The notes: generated from the sequence alone by a model not told the origin. Counted from the whole stretch's first letter, positions 1-11,269 are shown. The stretch is DNA of 62,834 bases, filler included, from 10 parts of 10 records of this genome joined end to end with filler, not necessarily neighbours in it; one strand, 5' to 3'. Program-made: numbers and translations.

Positions 1-1509
1 AAAGATTCACCTGGCATGGCAGTGGCAGTAATTCAGAATAATAAAATAATCTTCAAAAAAGGATATGGAACGATAGATGTTGAAAATCAGAAGCCCATAA
101 CACCAAAAACAATTTTCAATATTGCTTCCTGCTCTAAACAATTTACAGCTTACGCGATTCATTTGCTTGCTGAGAGAGGTAAATTATCACTGGATGATGA
201 CATTCGTAAATATTTACCAGAGATACCTGAATTTGAAAAAACCATTACGATAAAACATTTACTTTACCATACAAGTGGTTTAAGAAACTATTGTGGTCTT
301 CTAGCCATCAAAGGTTATCCTGTAAATAAGGGGAATAATCAAATTTGGAAAGTTATTAAAAATCAAAAAGAATTAAATCATCAAGTTGGTAATAAATGGA
401 GTTACACTAATACAGGTTACTTTTTATTAGCCCAAATAGTTGAAAGAATCAATGGAGAAAAATTTAGTAGATGGAGTGATAAAACTATCTTTACTCCTTT
501 AGGGATGAAAAGATCTCATTTCTTAGATAGCACATACAATACAATTAAAAACACTGCCAACCCAAATGGCAATAAAAATGAATTTGAATTCCAAGAACCA
601 GGATCTACTGGGCTATTCTCAAACATTGAAGATCTGAGTAAATGGTTAATTGCATTGGATAACAGTAAAACCAGTCCTGCTTTTGAGAAAATGTTTGAAA
701 AAGGGAAATTGGATAATGGGAAGAAAATATTTTATGCGTCAGGTTTAGGTATTGAATCGTTTAATGGTTACAAAACAATTGGACACTCAGGAAATACAGC
801 AGGATATAATTCGTATATGGAATACTATCCTGAAATCAAACTTGGCATTATAATATTAAATAACCTTAATCTCTTTAATCCGAAACCAATTGCCCATAAA
901 ATAAGTGATATCATCCTAAAAAATGATTCAGTATCCCAAATAACAAAAGAACAAAATACTTCAGTCTATCTTGATGAAGAAACATATAAAAGCTATTCAG
1001 GGCTTTTTAAAGTTGATAAACTAGGTATGCTTTTCTATTTTACTTATGAAAATCAAAAATTCTATGTTGAAGTAAGTGATATGGGAAAAATCTTGTTAAG
1101 TCCAATATCTAAGACTTCTTTTTCAGTGGAAGGAACTGATGGCAGTGTAAAATTTATTCCCCAAAAAGATTCTAGCAAGGCCAAAATTATTATCACTATG
1201 GATGGAAATGAGTTTACGGGCAATCGATATAAACCTATAATTTCAAATGAAGAGTCAACAAAATATGTTGGAACATATTATAGTGAAGAGTTAAAATGCA
1301 AGGTTGAAATAAAAGAAGACAATGGAAAATTAATAGCTGTCTTAGAAAACAAAGACTCTTTCCCAATATATATGTTCAAACCATTAGAGTTCTTAAGTAA
1401 CCATTCTTGGATAACCAAATTCATCTTTGTAGAAGATAGTAACGAGAATATCAAAAAAGTAAAAATAAATAGTTCAAATGCTTTAAATAATGTATTTGAT
1501 AAAATCTAA
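1..1509 (+). CDS. Serine hydrolase, beta-lactamase/AmpC-like family (5' truncated)
   Basis: SxxK (SCSK), YxN (YTN) and HSG motifs plus LLxHTSG; the frame is open from the contig edge. Confidence 0.85.
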   Translation, partial: KDSPGMAVAVIQNNKIIFKKGYGTIDVENQKPITPKTIFNIASCSKQFTAYAIHLLAERGKLSLDDDIRKYLPEIPEFEKTITIKHLLYHTSGLRNYCGLLAIKGYPVNKGNNQIWKVIKNQKELNHQVGNKWSYTNTGYFLLAQIVERINGEKFSRWSDKTIFTPLGMKRSHFLDSTYNTIKNTANPNGNKNEFEFQEPGSTGLFSNIEDLSKWLIALDNSKTSPAFEKMFEKGKLDNGKKIFYASGLGIESFNGYKTIGHSGNTAGYNSYMEYYPEIKLGIIILNNLNLFNPKPIAHKISDIILKNDSVSQITKEQNTSVYLDEETYKSYSGLFKVDKLGMLFYFTYENQKFYVEVSDMGKILLSPISKTSFSVEGTDGSVKFIPQKDSSKAKIIITMDGNEFTGNRYKPIISNEESTKYVGTYYSEELKCKVEIKEDNGKLIAVLENKDSFPIYMFKPLEFLSNHSWITKFIFVEDSNENIKKVKINSSNALNNVFDKI

Positions 1510-1596
1510 CGGATACTGCTATTGCTTTATCCAATGCCATAAATCATAGTTAAAATATATTGAAAGTGAGTTAGAATTAATTAAATTATTATAATA

Positions 1597-2459
1597 ATGA
1601 AAGCATCCATAAGTAAAAATAAGAAAGTGATTGTTTTCTTAATAATTACCTTTGTTTTAAGTTCGATTTTTTATTCTTTAATCATTTCTGCAGGTGAGAT
1701 ATCAGCAGCTGGTGGTATTTATGCTATTTCTTTAATGTGGTGTCCTGGTATTGCTGCTATTATTACAAATTTATTATTCCAAAAGAATTTGCATAACATG
1801 GGTTGGGGGTGGGGACGAACGCGCTATCAGATATTTAGTTATGTATTGCCTGTTGTCATGTTAGCAATATTATACATTCCTCTTTGGCTTACTAATATCT
1901 TAGAATTTTCAGATGAATACTTGACAAGTAGAATTGCTTCAGCTTTAGGATATGATGAACCCTTTTCATTAGGGTTGACTATTCTTACACAAATGACAAT
2001 AGGTTTTTTTCTTACATGTTTTTTACCTGCCATTGGAGAAGAAATTGGGTGGCGAGGATTCTTGGTTCATGAATTGATTAAGAAATATAATTATACTAAA
2101 ACCTCAGTTTTTACTGCTATCATATGGTCAATATGGCATTATCCTTTATTAATATTTGCAGATTTATCAGAAGGTTCAGCTTTTATTCAAGCCCTAGTTA
2201 CCTATACTGTTTTGACTTTTGCTTTATCATTTATAATAACGTGGATACGATTAAAATCAGGGAGTTTCTGGACTTCTGTAATTTTTCATGCAAGCCACAA
2301 TCTTTTTTGGAAGGCATATTTAATGATCTAACTATAGGTTCTGATTTGTCAAAGCTATTAGTTGATGATACTGGGATTGGAATACCTTTAGTTTATGCTC
2401 TGTTTGCATTCGTTTTTGGAAAAATAGGAGCAAATTATGACTTTACTATAAATGTTTAA
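1597..2459 (+). CDS. CPBP (CAAX/Abi) intramembrane metalloprotease, frameshifted near 2305-2310
   Basis: EEIGWRG, WH and HASHN motifs with multiple TM segments; the C-terminus continues in another frame after a T-run. Confidence 0.8.
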
Positions 2460-2532
2460 GAACATATATCAAATGTAAAATGCAAAAAATAATAGACAAG
2501 ATTATAAAAGTAAGTGATAAAAAAATGAACTT

Positions 2533-3359
2533 ATGAAAACAACAAAATTATTTAAAACTATCTTGAGTTTTTTCTTCTCAGTATAACAGGAACATTATAT
2601 GCTCAAATTGAATTTCCAAATTCAACATCTGGAAAAAAGGCGAATGAATTAATTAAACTAATAAATTCTTCTTATGACTCTTTAAAAGTTGAAAAATATA
2701 TTACAACACATTACACCAAAGATCTTTTAAATGCGCATTCAAAAGCACAACATCATACTATTTTTAGAAGTATAAATTCTTCAATTGGGAATATGGCTTT
2801 ATATAAAATTCAATCTTCAAGTGAAAATATAATTGATTTTCAAATGTTATCTTCTTCAACTAACACAATACTTGATTTTCATCTTGAAGTTGATGAATTT
2901 GAATCTAATCTTATAGCAAGTTTAAATGTACAACCAGGAGAACCGGAAGTTAATCATTCAAATAGTGTCAGGCACGAGAGCATAGAGGAAGAAAAAGAAT
3001 CTATAAAAAGAGTTATTCAAAATTCATTAGTCGATGGTTATTTCAATGATTATGATATTCAGAAAATGGAAAAAGGAATTCATCCTGACTTTATTATTAG
3101 AGAGATACAAAATAATAAACTATCACAACGAGGATATGATGATTTGTTGGCTTATGTTGAAAGAGTGAAACCAACACGCCCAGATGGTAGGAGGACAAAA
3201 GTCACTATTGAATTTCTATCAGTAGATTTCACGGGACATATTGGATGTGCCAAAGTCGAGTTTTATGACAGAAATATACTTCATGGTACTGATTTTATCA
3301 CATTAATGAAGTTTGATGATGGTTGGAAAATCATTGCTGCAATTGCGTATCAAAATTAA
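2533..3359 (+). CDS. Secreted protein with C-terminal NTF2-like/lumazine-binding-like domain, frameshifted in the signal peptide
   Basis: ATG at 2533 and a T-run at about 2568-2574; the shifted frame runs into ORF 2793-3359, which ends DFITLMKFDDGWKII. Confidence 0.6.
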
Positions 3360-3688
3360 TCTCGTTTTCAATAATCTCAATTATCTTCAATGTACTGAGG
3401 CAATTCATTTGGATCATTTTTAAACAGAAGTCGCATTGGGCAATTTTTCAAAAAAAACTAAAATATTTGCAGAAAGTTATACTTTACATTGAACTAAGAA
3501 CCTAAAACAGAAATGTTTCTAAGAAAACAATTAAAGAAAGTGAAAATAATATTTTGAACCAATGACATATCTCAAAGAAAATTGGATGGAGAATTGGAAT
3601 AATCTTGATTTTATGTTTTTAATAATTGAAAGAACTTGCCGATTTAATTGTAAGTCGTTTGTTTCATAGTTACTTTGGATAGTAACTA

Positions 3689-3714
3689 AAGGGGGCTCAT
3701 GGCCTCCTTTTTTT
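3689..3714 (+). terminator. Rho-independent terminator
   Basis: AAGGGGGC-TCATG-GCCTCCTT stem followed by a T-run. Confidence 0.6.
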
Positions 3715-4109
3715 GTTTAATATTAACAAATTCTGCTTCGGAAGCAAGAGGCTTCAATTTTAACTTTCTAGCTTTCTTAATTGCATACCAAAAAGGTATA
3801 TGCAATATTATTAAGATCCAAAGATTCTATTTGCGTAAAACTTGACAAATATTCAAGTGAACTGTAGCTGCTTCTAATTTAACAATTAGAAGAGAATTGA
3901 AATTTTTGTAGAATTATTGATGCAGGAATTTAAGATTACCAATCAACCTAACAACTATACCTCTGATCAGACACATGACTACATCCACTTTCCAAGTATA
4001 AGTTCCACATTAAGGGAAGAAATTTAAAGTCAATCTATAGAAGATACAAGAAATTTTAATCTAAAGAAAAAAAGCTCTCCATAAATACCTGATTTATAGA
4101 GAGTATCAA

Positions 4110-4753
4110 AATTATTTCGAAGCCCTTAGGGTAACTCATCAAAAGTTAGGTAGAGCACTTAGAATTATGGATACATTTATTAAGCTTTGTGAGGCCAGAA
4201 AACACAAGATTTATATTGGAAATAGGGGGACGATGCTCAATAATTGGTGTCGATTTTGAGTTTGGATTGCGTGAGAAGCATAAGATTGTAAAAGCTATTG
4301 ATAAATGGTCTATTAGAAGGTATGAATCGACTGGCATTTTGTGCATTGAGAAGATGGGAATATATAGAAAAGAGTGGAAAGATGGTAGGTTTATGCTTGA
4401 AAATAATTTAGCAACGATTTTAGCCAAACTTGAAATAGCTGCCCTTAAAGAGCATGAATGGAGAGAATCAATAAGTCTATCCAATGAAAGGAGGGAGCTT
4501 GAAGCTCAAATTAAACAGGAGGAGCAAAACAAAATTGAAAACGAGTTTAAAAGGCTCGATGAACTACTAAGTGATCAAACAGGTGGCATCAATCAGGGAT
4601 ACTTAAAGAGTTAATTAGTTTCGCTTATGAGCGTGGATCTGACAAAGTTGAATTTTTGGACTGGATTGGTTGGGCTAATGATAAGGCGGATTGGTATAAT
4701 CCAACTATAAAAAAGACGGATGATATTCTTGGTGTCTACAAAGAAAGATCATA
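4110..4753 (+). pseudogene. Fragmented hypothetical gene, possibly from an integrative element
   Basis: Protein-like pieces in three frames (RALRIMDTFIKL, WKDGRFMLENNLATILAKLE, WIGWANDKADWYNP); no clear start. Confidence 0.45.
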
Positions 4754-5098
4754 ACTCACAGTCAATATTTATAAATCTGTAGTTTATGTATCCTAATGGG
4801 TTAAATGTATATCCAGATCTCTAAAATGTATATTATACTTAAAGATCGATAATTTTTCTTAATTTTTATTCAATTTTTTTAGATAAAATCATGAACTAAT
4901 AAAAGAAACAAGTTTAATTGTTAATTTGATGGAGTTTTAGATTTTAATAAGACTTTAAACACATTAATCTCTTTAATTTCAAAACACAATTCTTATTGCT
5001 GAAACGAAAGAGTGTGGATTTGAGTTACAGTAAAATATTTCAATAATTTAAATTGAAAATATTATCTGTTAAATATATTTTTTAATAAGTTCCCTTAT

Positions 5099-5812
5099 CT
5101 ATCCCTTAATATTACGCCTCAGCAATTGCGGTTCTTGTTGCCTTAAATTGCGCTTCTTTTTCAAAATGATACTAAATGTAAATTTATCTGGCATTTGTTC
5201 ATAAACCATACCTCCTCTAACTACCAGTTTATTTCCTTCAGGATTTTGTTTCCTATGAATACTAAGTTCAGCAAGAGGTATGTTAGCCTTCTTTAAGCTT
5301 TTTTTATTTGTAAGAAACCCTTTTTTGTCAGCGGACTTTTTCATGTTTACAATGGTAGCCGTACTAACCTGTAATATTTCTGCAAGATATTTTAATGGCA
5401 AAGCATAAGAGGGAGGTGCTTGAATCTTCCTGGCACGCCTTAATTTCGTCCCGTTCTTGCTAGCCTCCAGTCTTATGCTTTTCTTTTTATACTCGATCCA
5501 ATATTTCCTCTTGGCATAATATGCCATTATTGATGCATTTACAAAATCTCTAAAATCTCTAAAATCATATCCATCCCAGATAACACTTCTGACATTAATC
5601 ATTCTAATCCGGTTATAAATTGTTTTAAAGCTGTTTAAACGATAGTTCTTTGAATTGGAGTTATAACTAATCCATTTCTTATCCAATAGCCATTGTAAGC
5701 GAATTTTTATGCTTTGTTTATTGGTGTTGAGCTCGTGATAGGCTTTAAACATTAAATTATCAGTTAGCTTGAAATGTCCGCTACACTGAGTTTTTAACCA
5801 GCAAAAAAGTTG
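5099..5812 (-). CDS. Basic hypothetical protein, possibly DNA-binding or replication-related (5' truncated)
   Basis: Frame open to the contig edge; Lys/Arg-rich with an HTH-like segment LKYLAEILQVSTATIVNMKK. Confidence 0.5.
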   Translation of the reverse strand, partial: QLFCWLKTQCSGHFKLTDNLMFKAYHELNTNKQSIKIRLQWLLDKKWISYNSNSKNYRLNSFKTIYNRIRMINVRSVIWDGYDFRDFRDFVNASIMAYYAKRKYWIEYKKKSIRLEASKNGTKLRRARKIQAPPSYALPLKYLAEILQVSTATIVNMKKSADKKGFLTNKKSLKKANIPLAELSIHRKQNPEGNKLVVRGGMVYEQMPDKFTFSIILKKKRNLRQQEPQLLRRNIKG

Positions 5813-5912
5813 NNNNNNNNNNNNNNNNNNNNNNNNNNNNNNNNNNNNNNNNNNNNTTAATTAATTAANNNNNNNNNNNNNNNNNNNNNNNNNNNNNNNN
5901 NNNNNNNNNNNN
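5813..5912. other. Synthetic contig spacer
   Basis: N44-TTAATTAATTAA-N44, with stops in all six frames. Confidence 0.99.
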
Positions 5913-6436
5913 TTTGCCCCGCACTGGCGGTGACCTCCAGCGCCATAAATGGAATCGGTATGGGGGTGGCGTCGACTTTCGTTCTAATCTGTGCCAACGT
6001 CGTTGTCTCCGTGTTAAGGAAAGTCATTCCCTCCAAAGTTCGCATTCCGGCCTTCATTGTTATTATCGCTACCTTTGTAACCATTGTCGACCTGGTCATG
6101 GCCGGTTTTTTACCCGACCTGCACAAGGCACTTGGGATATTCATCCCTTTGATCGTTGTGAATTGTCTTATTCTTGGCCGGGCCGAAGCTTTTGCTTCCA
6201 AGAATGCCATCTTTTTGTCCCTGATTGATGGTGTTGTCATGGGGTTGGGTTTTACCTTCGCTCTTTTTATTCTGGGTGCTGTAAGGGAAATCCTGGGCAA
6301 CGGAACCATTTTCGGTGCCGGAATTCTTGGTTCAAGCTATATCCCGGCCCTGCTGCTGATCCTTCCCCCTGGCGCCTTCCTTGCTATCGGGTTTCTGCTG
6401 GGCGGAATGAACAGATTGGAAGCCAGCAAAAAATAG
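5913..6436 (+). CDS. rnfE: Rnf electron transport complex subunit E (5' truncated)
   Basis: CPALAVT, RIPAFIVIIATFVT, LGIFIPLIVVNCLILGRAEAFASKN and LPPGAF motifs. Confidence 0.92.
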
Positions 6437-6453
6437 ATATTCGATAGTTTCCT

Positions 6454-6490
6454 ATAAAAAAAGCCACCCGAATCGGGTGGCTTTTTTTAT
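6454..6490. terminator. Bidirectional intrinsic terminator
   Basis: Perfect inverted repeat ATAAAAAAAGCCACCCG-AAT-CGGGTGGCTTTTTTTAT between convergent genes. Confidence 0.9.
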
Positions 6491-6508
6491 TTATTTGGTT
6501 TTCTTGCT

Positions 6509-7087
6509 TTAGCAGGGAATAGCGATTTCAAGAGATGATTTTCTCTGGTTGGGCATTTCAATTTGTTTCAGGTCGGTTGGTAAGGTATTCGGATCCCCCA
6601 GGCGGCCGACAACGATTGCCGCCATCACCTCATTTTCTTCTGCACCAAGGCTCAGGATTTCCAATGCTTTTTTTGGGCTGAAACCGGCCATGGCGTGGGC
6701 ATAATAACCGAACTTTCTGGCTTGCAGGGCGAGTGAAAGCCAGGCAGATCCGCAATCAAAAGAGGCGTGTCGGTTCGGCTTGTCTGTTGTTGTGAAATTT
6801 TTTGTGGCGACGAGAAATATGATAAGCGGGGCTTTTTCCGCCCAGAGCCGGTTCTTTTCAAAAAGTGCTGAAAGAAATATATTCTTAGATTCCGGGGATG
6901 CAGCATAGTAGAAAGTCCATGGTTGTTCGTTGTAACAGGAAGGCGCCCACCGAGTTGCCTCGAAAAGGGACTCCAAATGGTATGGGGGAATGGCGTCGGG
7001 TAGAAATGCTCTTGGCGACCACCTGTCGGTAAACATACTGTCTACTTCATTGGAGGGAATTCTCGGATTAGTTTCCTGTAATGGCAT
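6509..7087 (-). CDS. Nitroreductase family protein
   Basis: RWSPRAF, WAPSCYNEQPW and HAMAGF motifs. Confidence 0.9.
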   Translation of the reverse strand: MPLQETNPRIPSNEVDSMFTDRWSPRAFLPDAIPPYHLESLFEATRWAPSCYNEQPWTFYYAASPESKNIFLSALFEKNRLWAEKAPLIIFLVATKNFTTTDKPNRHASFDCGSAWLSLALQARKFGYYAHAMAGFSPKKALEILSLGAEENEVMAAIVVGRLGDPNTLPTDLKQIEMPNQRKSSLEIAIPC

Positions 7088-7125
7088 TTTAACCCCTTTA
7101 AATGACTGAAATCTGTATGGAGGTT

Positions 7126-7719
7126 TTAATCGGATGAACCAGCCAGCTCTTTTCCAAACTTCATGGCGGCGTCGAGAATTTTGGAGTTGGAAACAATGGC
7201 CCCTGGTTTTATCGGTGCGTGGGGTATGGCAAGAGTTTTCAGTTTTTTCCCGAAAAAACCGGCAATGCTTTTGACATTTTCCTCAAGAAGGTTCAAACCA
7301 TGTTCCGCCGCTCCGGCCGAGGTGGCAATGAGAGCAAAGGAGACATTCTGCAGGGGGTGATTGATCTGTTTTCCGTCCTGAGTGATTTTGAAAAGAGAAT
7401 ACATTCTGTCAATCAGGAGTTTGATTTGTCCTGACAAGCCCATGAAATAGACGGGAGAGGCAAAAACGACCACGTCCTGTTCAGGAATTCGGGCTACAAT
7501 GGAGGTGGCTTCGTCCTTGATAACACAGCGATACTGTTCAGATTTCTGGCAGCCCATGCAGGCAATACAGCCACGCTCCTTGAAGTCGATCTGATCAGCC
7601 CTGACGATCTCAACAGTTGCTCTGGCATCTCGTGCGGCGCTGGCCACCCAGTTAACCACGGTGAGCGTGTTACCATTTTCCCTGGGGCTCCCACAAATAA
7701 ACATAATCTTTTTTTCCAC
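7126..7719 (-). CDS. Flavodoxin family / iron-sulfur flavoprotein (NADPH-dependent FMN reductase family)
   Basis: GSPRENGNT, CxxCxxC..C and ASPVYF motifs. Confidence 0.85.
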   Translation of the reverse strand: MEKKIMFICGSPRENGNTLTVVNWVASAARDARATVEIVRADQIDFKERGCIACMGCQKSEQYRCVIKDEATSIVARIPEQDVVVFASPVYFMGLSGQIKLLIDRMYSLFKITQDGKQINHPLQNVSFALIATSAGAAEHGLNLLEENVKSIAGFFGKKLKTLAIPHAPIKPGAIVSNSKILDAAMKFGKELAGSSD

Positions 7720-7878
7720 TGATGCCTCCTGAAAAACCTACCGAACAAAAAAGACCTCTGTCGAAAAAAATTATAACAGAAGTCTTTCATGAAAGTTTAA
7801 AATTCCCACTTCTAAAAAAAGCCACAATTCAACGGCTACAGTCGTTCGAACTGTTGATTGCTTTGCGGGCGGTAAACC

Positions 7879-8535
7879 CTAACTTTCTTTAAGGATATAA
7901 CCTTTGCCACGGACCGTATGAATGAGTTTTGTTTTATACCCCTGATCCAGTTTTCGGCGTAAGTAATTGATATAAACATCAATGACATTGGTGAAAAAAT
8001 CGAAATTCTGATTCCAAACATGGTTGGCAATCATGGTCCGGGTTAAAATCTGGTTGGGGTGGCGGATAAAGAATTCAAGCAGGGTGTACTCCTTCGGGGT
8101 TAAATTGATTTCTTTTTGATTCCTCCAGACCTTGTGTGAAACTGGATCCAGGAGCAAAGGTCCGAACTGGATTTTGGCCCCCCGGTTGTCTTCCCTGGTA
8201 CGCAGAACACTCTCAAGTTTTTCCATGAGATCGAATATGCGCTCCGGACAGGGGATGTGTGTTTTGCCACCGGAGTCAGGTGACTCCGTCGTTTCTCCTG
8301 GGAAACACAAAACCGGAAGCTCAATCTTTTTCTCAAGAAGGGCATGTAAAATTTCCGCTTCTCCATTTTTTGGGAGAGAGGACGAAATTAACATTAAATC
8401 AAAAGCAGAATCCAGGGCCATGGAAACGATGGTTTCTGTTTCCGATGCAATATCGACCCAGAAATTCATGTCTTCAAGTCCTTTCTTGAGTGCAGCAGCT
8501 CCTTTGCTATCCTTTTCGACGATTAAAATGCGCAT
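7879..8535 (-). CDS. OmpR-family winged-helix regulator with a degenerate receiver domain
   Basis: Intact wHTH (LTPKEY, NVIDVYINYLRRK, IHTVRGKGY); the receiver lacks the conserved Asp, Thr and Lys. Confidence 0.85.
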   Translation of the reverse strand: MRILIVEKDSKGAAALKKGLEDMNFWVDIASETETIVSMALDSAFDLMLISSSLPKNGEAEILHALLEKKIELPVLCFPGETTESPDSGGKTHIPCPERIFDLMEKLESVLRTREDNRGAKIQFGPLLLDPVSHKVWRNQKEINLTPKEYTLLEFFIRHPNQILTRTMIANHVWNQNFDFFTNVIDVYINYLRRKLDQGYKTKLIHTVRGKGYILKES

Positions 8536-8574
8536 AGCATTGGACTCCTTTTTTTGTTGAAGGGCTTGACATAG

Positions 8575-9381
8575 CTATTTAAGTGACAGTTTGATCAAAA
8601 TTTCATTTGCGGTTTCTTCGCACGCTTTGCCGGAGACGTTGACAATAATCCAGTTGTTGTTGCGAAACAGGTTTTTCGCATAATAAAGCTCATCAACAAT
8701 CTGTTCATAATCCGCATAATCCGTTTTGATGCTCTGGTTGATATTTTTGAGCCGGGCAATTCTTAACTCCGCTAATCGTTGCGGATCGATTATCAGACCC
8801 ACCACCCGTTTCAAATCGACCTCAAACAGTTCTCTGGGAGGGTCAATGCCTTTGATAATTGGAACATTCGCCACTTTCCATCCGCTGTGTGCGAGGTACA
8901 TGGAAAGTGGTGTTTTGCTGGTACGGGAAACACCAGCAAGCACAATGTCAGCAAAATGTATGCTTCTTAACTCCTGGCCATCGTCATGTTGTACCGAAAA
9001 TTCGACAGCTTCGATACGCTGGAAATATTTTTCATTGATTCCATGAAACAGGCCAGGCATCTCTTTTGGAGGGATCCCCATACACCCGGACAGTTTCATC
9101 AACAGGGGAGTCAACAGGTCAATGCTGGGAATACCCCTGGCCTCGCATTCTTCATGAATCAGAAGAGCAAACTCATGATTGACTATGGTGTAAACGACTA
9201 TTCCTCTGTTTTGTTCAGCCTCCGCCAGAGCATTTAAAATTCTTTCTTTGGTTCTGACATTCCCCACCCTTTTAACCAGAACCATTCCTTTTGGAAATTG
9301 GGTCAGGGCGGCATCGACGATTTTCTCAACGGTTTCGCCTGTTGCGTCAGAAAGAACGTATACATACTGTTTGGTCGCCAT
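8575..9381 (-). CDS. Pyruvate,phosphate/water dikinase regulatory protein (PDRP, kinase/pyrophosphorylase)
   Basis: SDATGET, HDDG and [15 protein letters not shown] motifs. Confidence 0.92.
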   Translation of the reverse strand: MATKQYVYVLSDATGETVEKIVDAALTQFPKGMVLVKRVGNVRTKERILNALAEAEQNRGIVVYTIVNHEFALLIHEECEARGIPSIDLLTPLLMKLSGCMGIPPKEMPGLFHGINEKYFQRIEAVEFSVQHDDGQELRSIHFADIVLAGVSRTSKTPLSMYLAHSGWKVANVPIIKGIDPPRELFEVDLKRVVGLIIDPQRLAELRIARLKNINQSIKTDYADYEQIVDELYYAKNLFRNNNWIIVNVSGKACEETANEILIKLSLK

Positions 9382-9576
9382 AATACGGGTTTAGTTTTTT
9401 TTAATTACAAAACTATTGTAACAATCTGTGGCGTAACTGCAAGTATCTAAAATGAATTTCTGTTAATAATTATCTCATAAAAAGAGAAGGTTACAAAATA
9501 ATATTTCCACAAACCCTCATTTTTCGCTTGGTTGGGATTTTTATTGCTTTTGCCCCATGCTATCGTAAAATAGCCT

Positions 9577-10500
9577 ATGTCTAAGAGTTGGATCGAGTTG
9601 AGTTTGAAAATACCTTCGCTGGGAGTGGATCTGGTTTGTGATTGTCTCAACGGCCTGGGGTGCTCCGGTGTTATTGTCGAAGAAAAAGAACTGGATACAT
9701 TTGATCCGCCCCACCACGAGCTTGCAAGTGACCGCGAATACAGCATCAGGGCCTTTTTCCCGGAGCCGGAGGAGATTGATAGCTGGCGTAGAGATCTAGA
9801 GCGCCATTTGCTGGAAATCAGTGCTTATATTCCGGGCTGGTGCCCTGCAACTATAGAGTTGAAGTCCTTCGCCGATGACAATTGGGCTGAGGATTGGAAA
9901 CAGAATTTTCATTCCTTCAAGGTCGGCCCCCATCTGCTATTTAAGCCTACTTGGGATAAAAACCCTGTTTCGGACGAGGATATCGTCATTTATCTCGATC
10001 CCGGAATGGCCTTTGGCACGGGGACCCATCCAACCACCCGACTATGCCTGGAAAGCCTGAACGGGATTCTGGAGGATGGGTGTTCCGCCGGAAAAGTCCT
10101 TGACGTGGGAACCGGGTCCGGGATTCTGGCTATGGCTGCCGTGGCTCTGGGCGCGGAAAGGATTCTCGGGTGTGATATCGATGAGACAGCCTGTGAGGCT
10201 GCGCGCCGGAATATTGCCCTGAACGGAATGGAAAACAAAATTGAGGTGAGTAGTAAACCTGTGGCAGAGATTGAAGAAAAGTTCGATATCGTCGTTGCGA
10301 ATATTCTCGCGGAAGAAAACGTCCGTCTTGGTCCCGATCTTTTCAGGTGTCTGGAAGAGAATGGCAGGTTGATTCTTTCCGGCATTCTCGGGGAAAAAGA
10401 GCCCCTGATCGAGGGTGGATTTTCTGTATTTTCACTGACCGCGCCACGGGTCACACGGTTGGAAGACTGGTCCTGCTTCGTTTTTCAAAAAAAGGCCTAG
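9577..10500 (+). CDS. prmA: 50S ribosomal protein L11 methyltransferase
   Basis: LDPGMAFGTGTHPTT, VLDVGTGSGILA and VVANILA motifs. Confidence 0.95.
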   Translation: MSKSWIELSLKIPSLGVDLVCDCLNGLGCSGVIVEEKELDTFDPPHHELASDREYSIRAFFPEPEEIDSWRRDLERHLLEISAYIPGWCPATIELKSFADDNWAEDWKQNFHSFKVGPHLLFKPTWDKNPVSDEDIVIYLDPGMAFGTGTHPTTRLCLESLNGILEDGCSAGKVLDVGTGSGILAMAAVALGAERILGCDIDETACEAARRNIALNGMENKIEVSSKPVAEIEEKFDIVVANILAEENVRLGPDLFRCLEENGRLILSGILGEKEPLIEGGFSVFSLTAPRVTRLEDWSCFVFQKKA

Positions 10501-11250
10501 ATGCGCCGCTTTATTCTCCCTTCCGAAAAGCTTGAAGCCGAGGAAATTCAACTGGAAGGCGATCTTCTGCACCATTTTCAGAAGGTTCTTCGTCTGGCCC
10601 CGGGGGAGAATATCCTTCTCCTGGATGGCCGTGGGCTTATCTGCCGGTGTCGGGTTGAGTTGGCCGGCCGGAATAGTCTCAAGGCCGTTGTCCTTGAAAA
10701 ATGGCGGGAGGAGGAATCTGTTTTTCCTGTCCATCTTATTCAGGCTCTTCCAAAAGCGGAACGGATGGAATGGCTTATCCAGAAAGGCACCGAGTTAGGC
10801 ATTGTTGAATTTTCGCCAGTAAATACGAAACGAAGCATCCCTGTTCTTACCGGCCAGCGTAAAGATAAACGCGTTCAGCGCTGGAGGCGGATTGCGGAAG
10901 AAGCTTCGCGCCAGTCCGGGCGGCCGTATGTCCCTGTCGTGAACGAGCCCAAAGACCTGGGCGAAGTTCTTTTAGCCTGCCGGGCTGAATATCGTCTGGT
11001 GTGCTGGGAAGAGGAAAGCCGTCCTTTAGGGGATGTACTCCCGGATCTATCCCCTACCGGTGCGGCGGTCCTTGTTGGTCCGGAGGGTGGTTTTGGCGCA
11101 GAGGAGATCGAGCTGGTTAAAAAGTGTGGTTTTCATTCGGTCAGTCTCGGACCGCGGATTCTGCGAACGGAGACTGCGGGCTTTACGCTGGCAACAATTT
11201 TACAGTATGTTTATGGGGATATGGGAAAGTCCGGCCTGAAGGGGCGATAA
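10501..11250 (+). CDS. rsmE: 16S rRNA m3U1498 methyltransferase
   Basis: QKGTELG, VGPEGGF and SLGPRILRTETA motifs; directly follows prmA. Confidence 0.95.
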   Translation: MRRFILPSEKLEAEEIQLEGDLLHHFQKVLRLAPGENILLLDGRGLICRCRVELAGRNSLKAVVLEKWREEESVFPVHLIQALPKAERMEWLIQKGTELGIVEFSPVNTKRSIPVLTGQRKDKRVQRWRRIAEEASRQSGRPYVPVVNEPKDLGEVLLACRAEYRLVCWEEESRPLGDVLPDLSPTGAAVLVGPEGGFGAEEIELVKKCGFHSVSLGPRILRTETAGFTLATILQYVYGDMGKSGLKGR

Positions 11251-11269
11251 AGGGAAAAGGATTGGCGTT

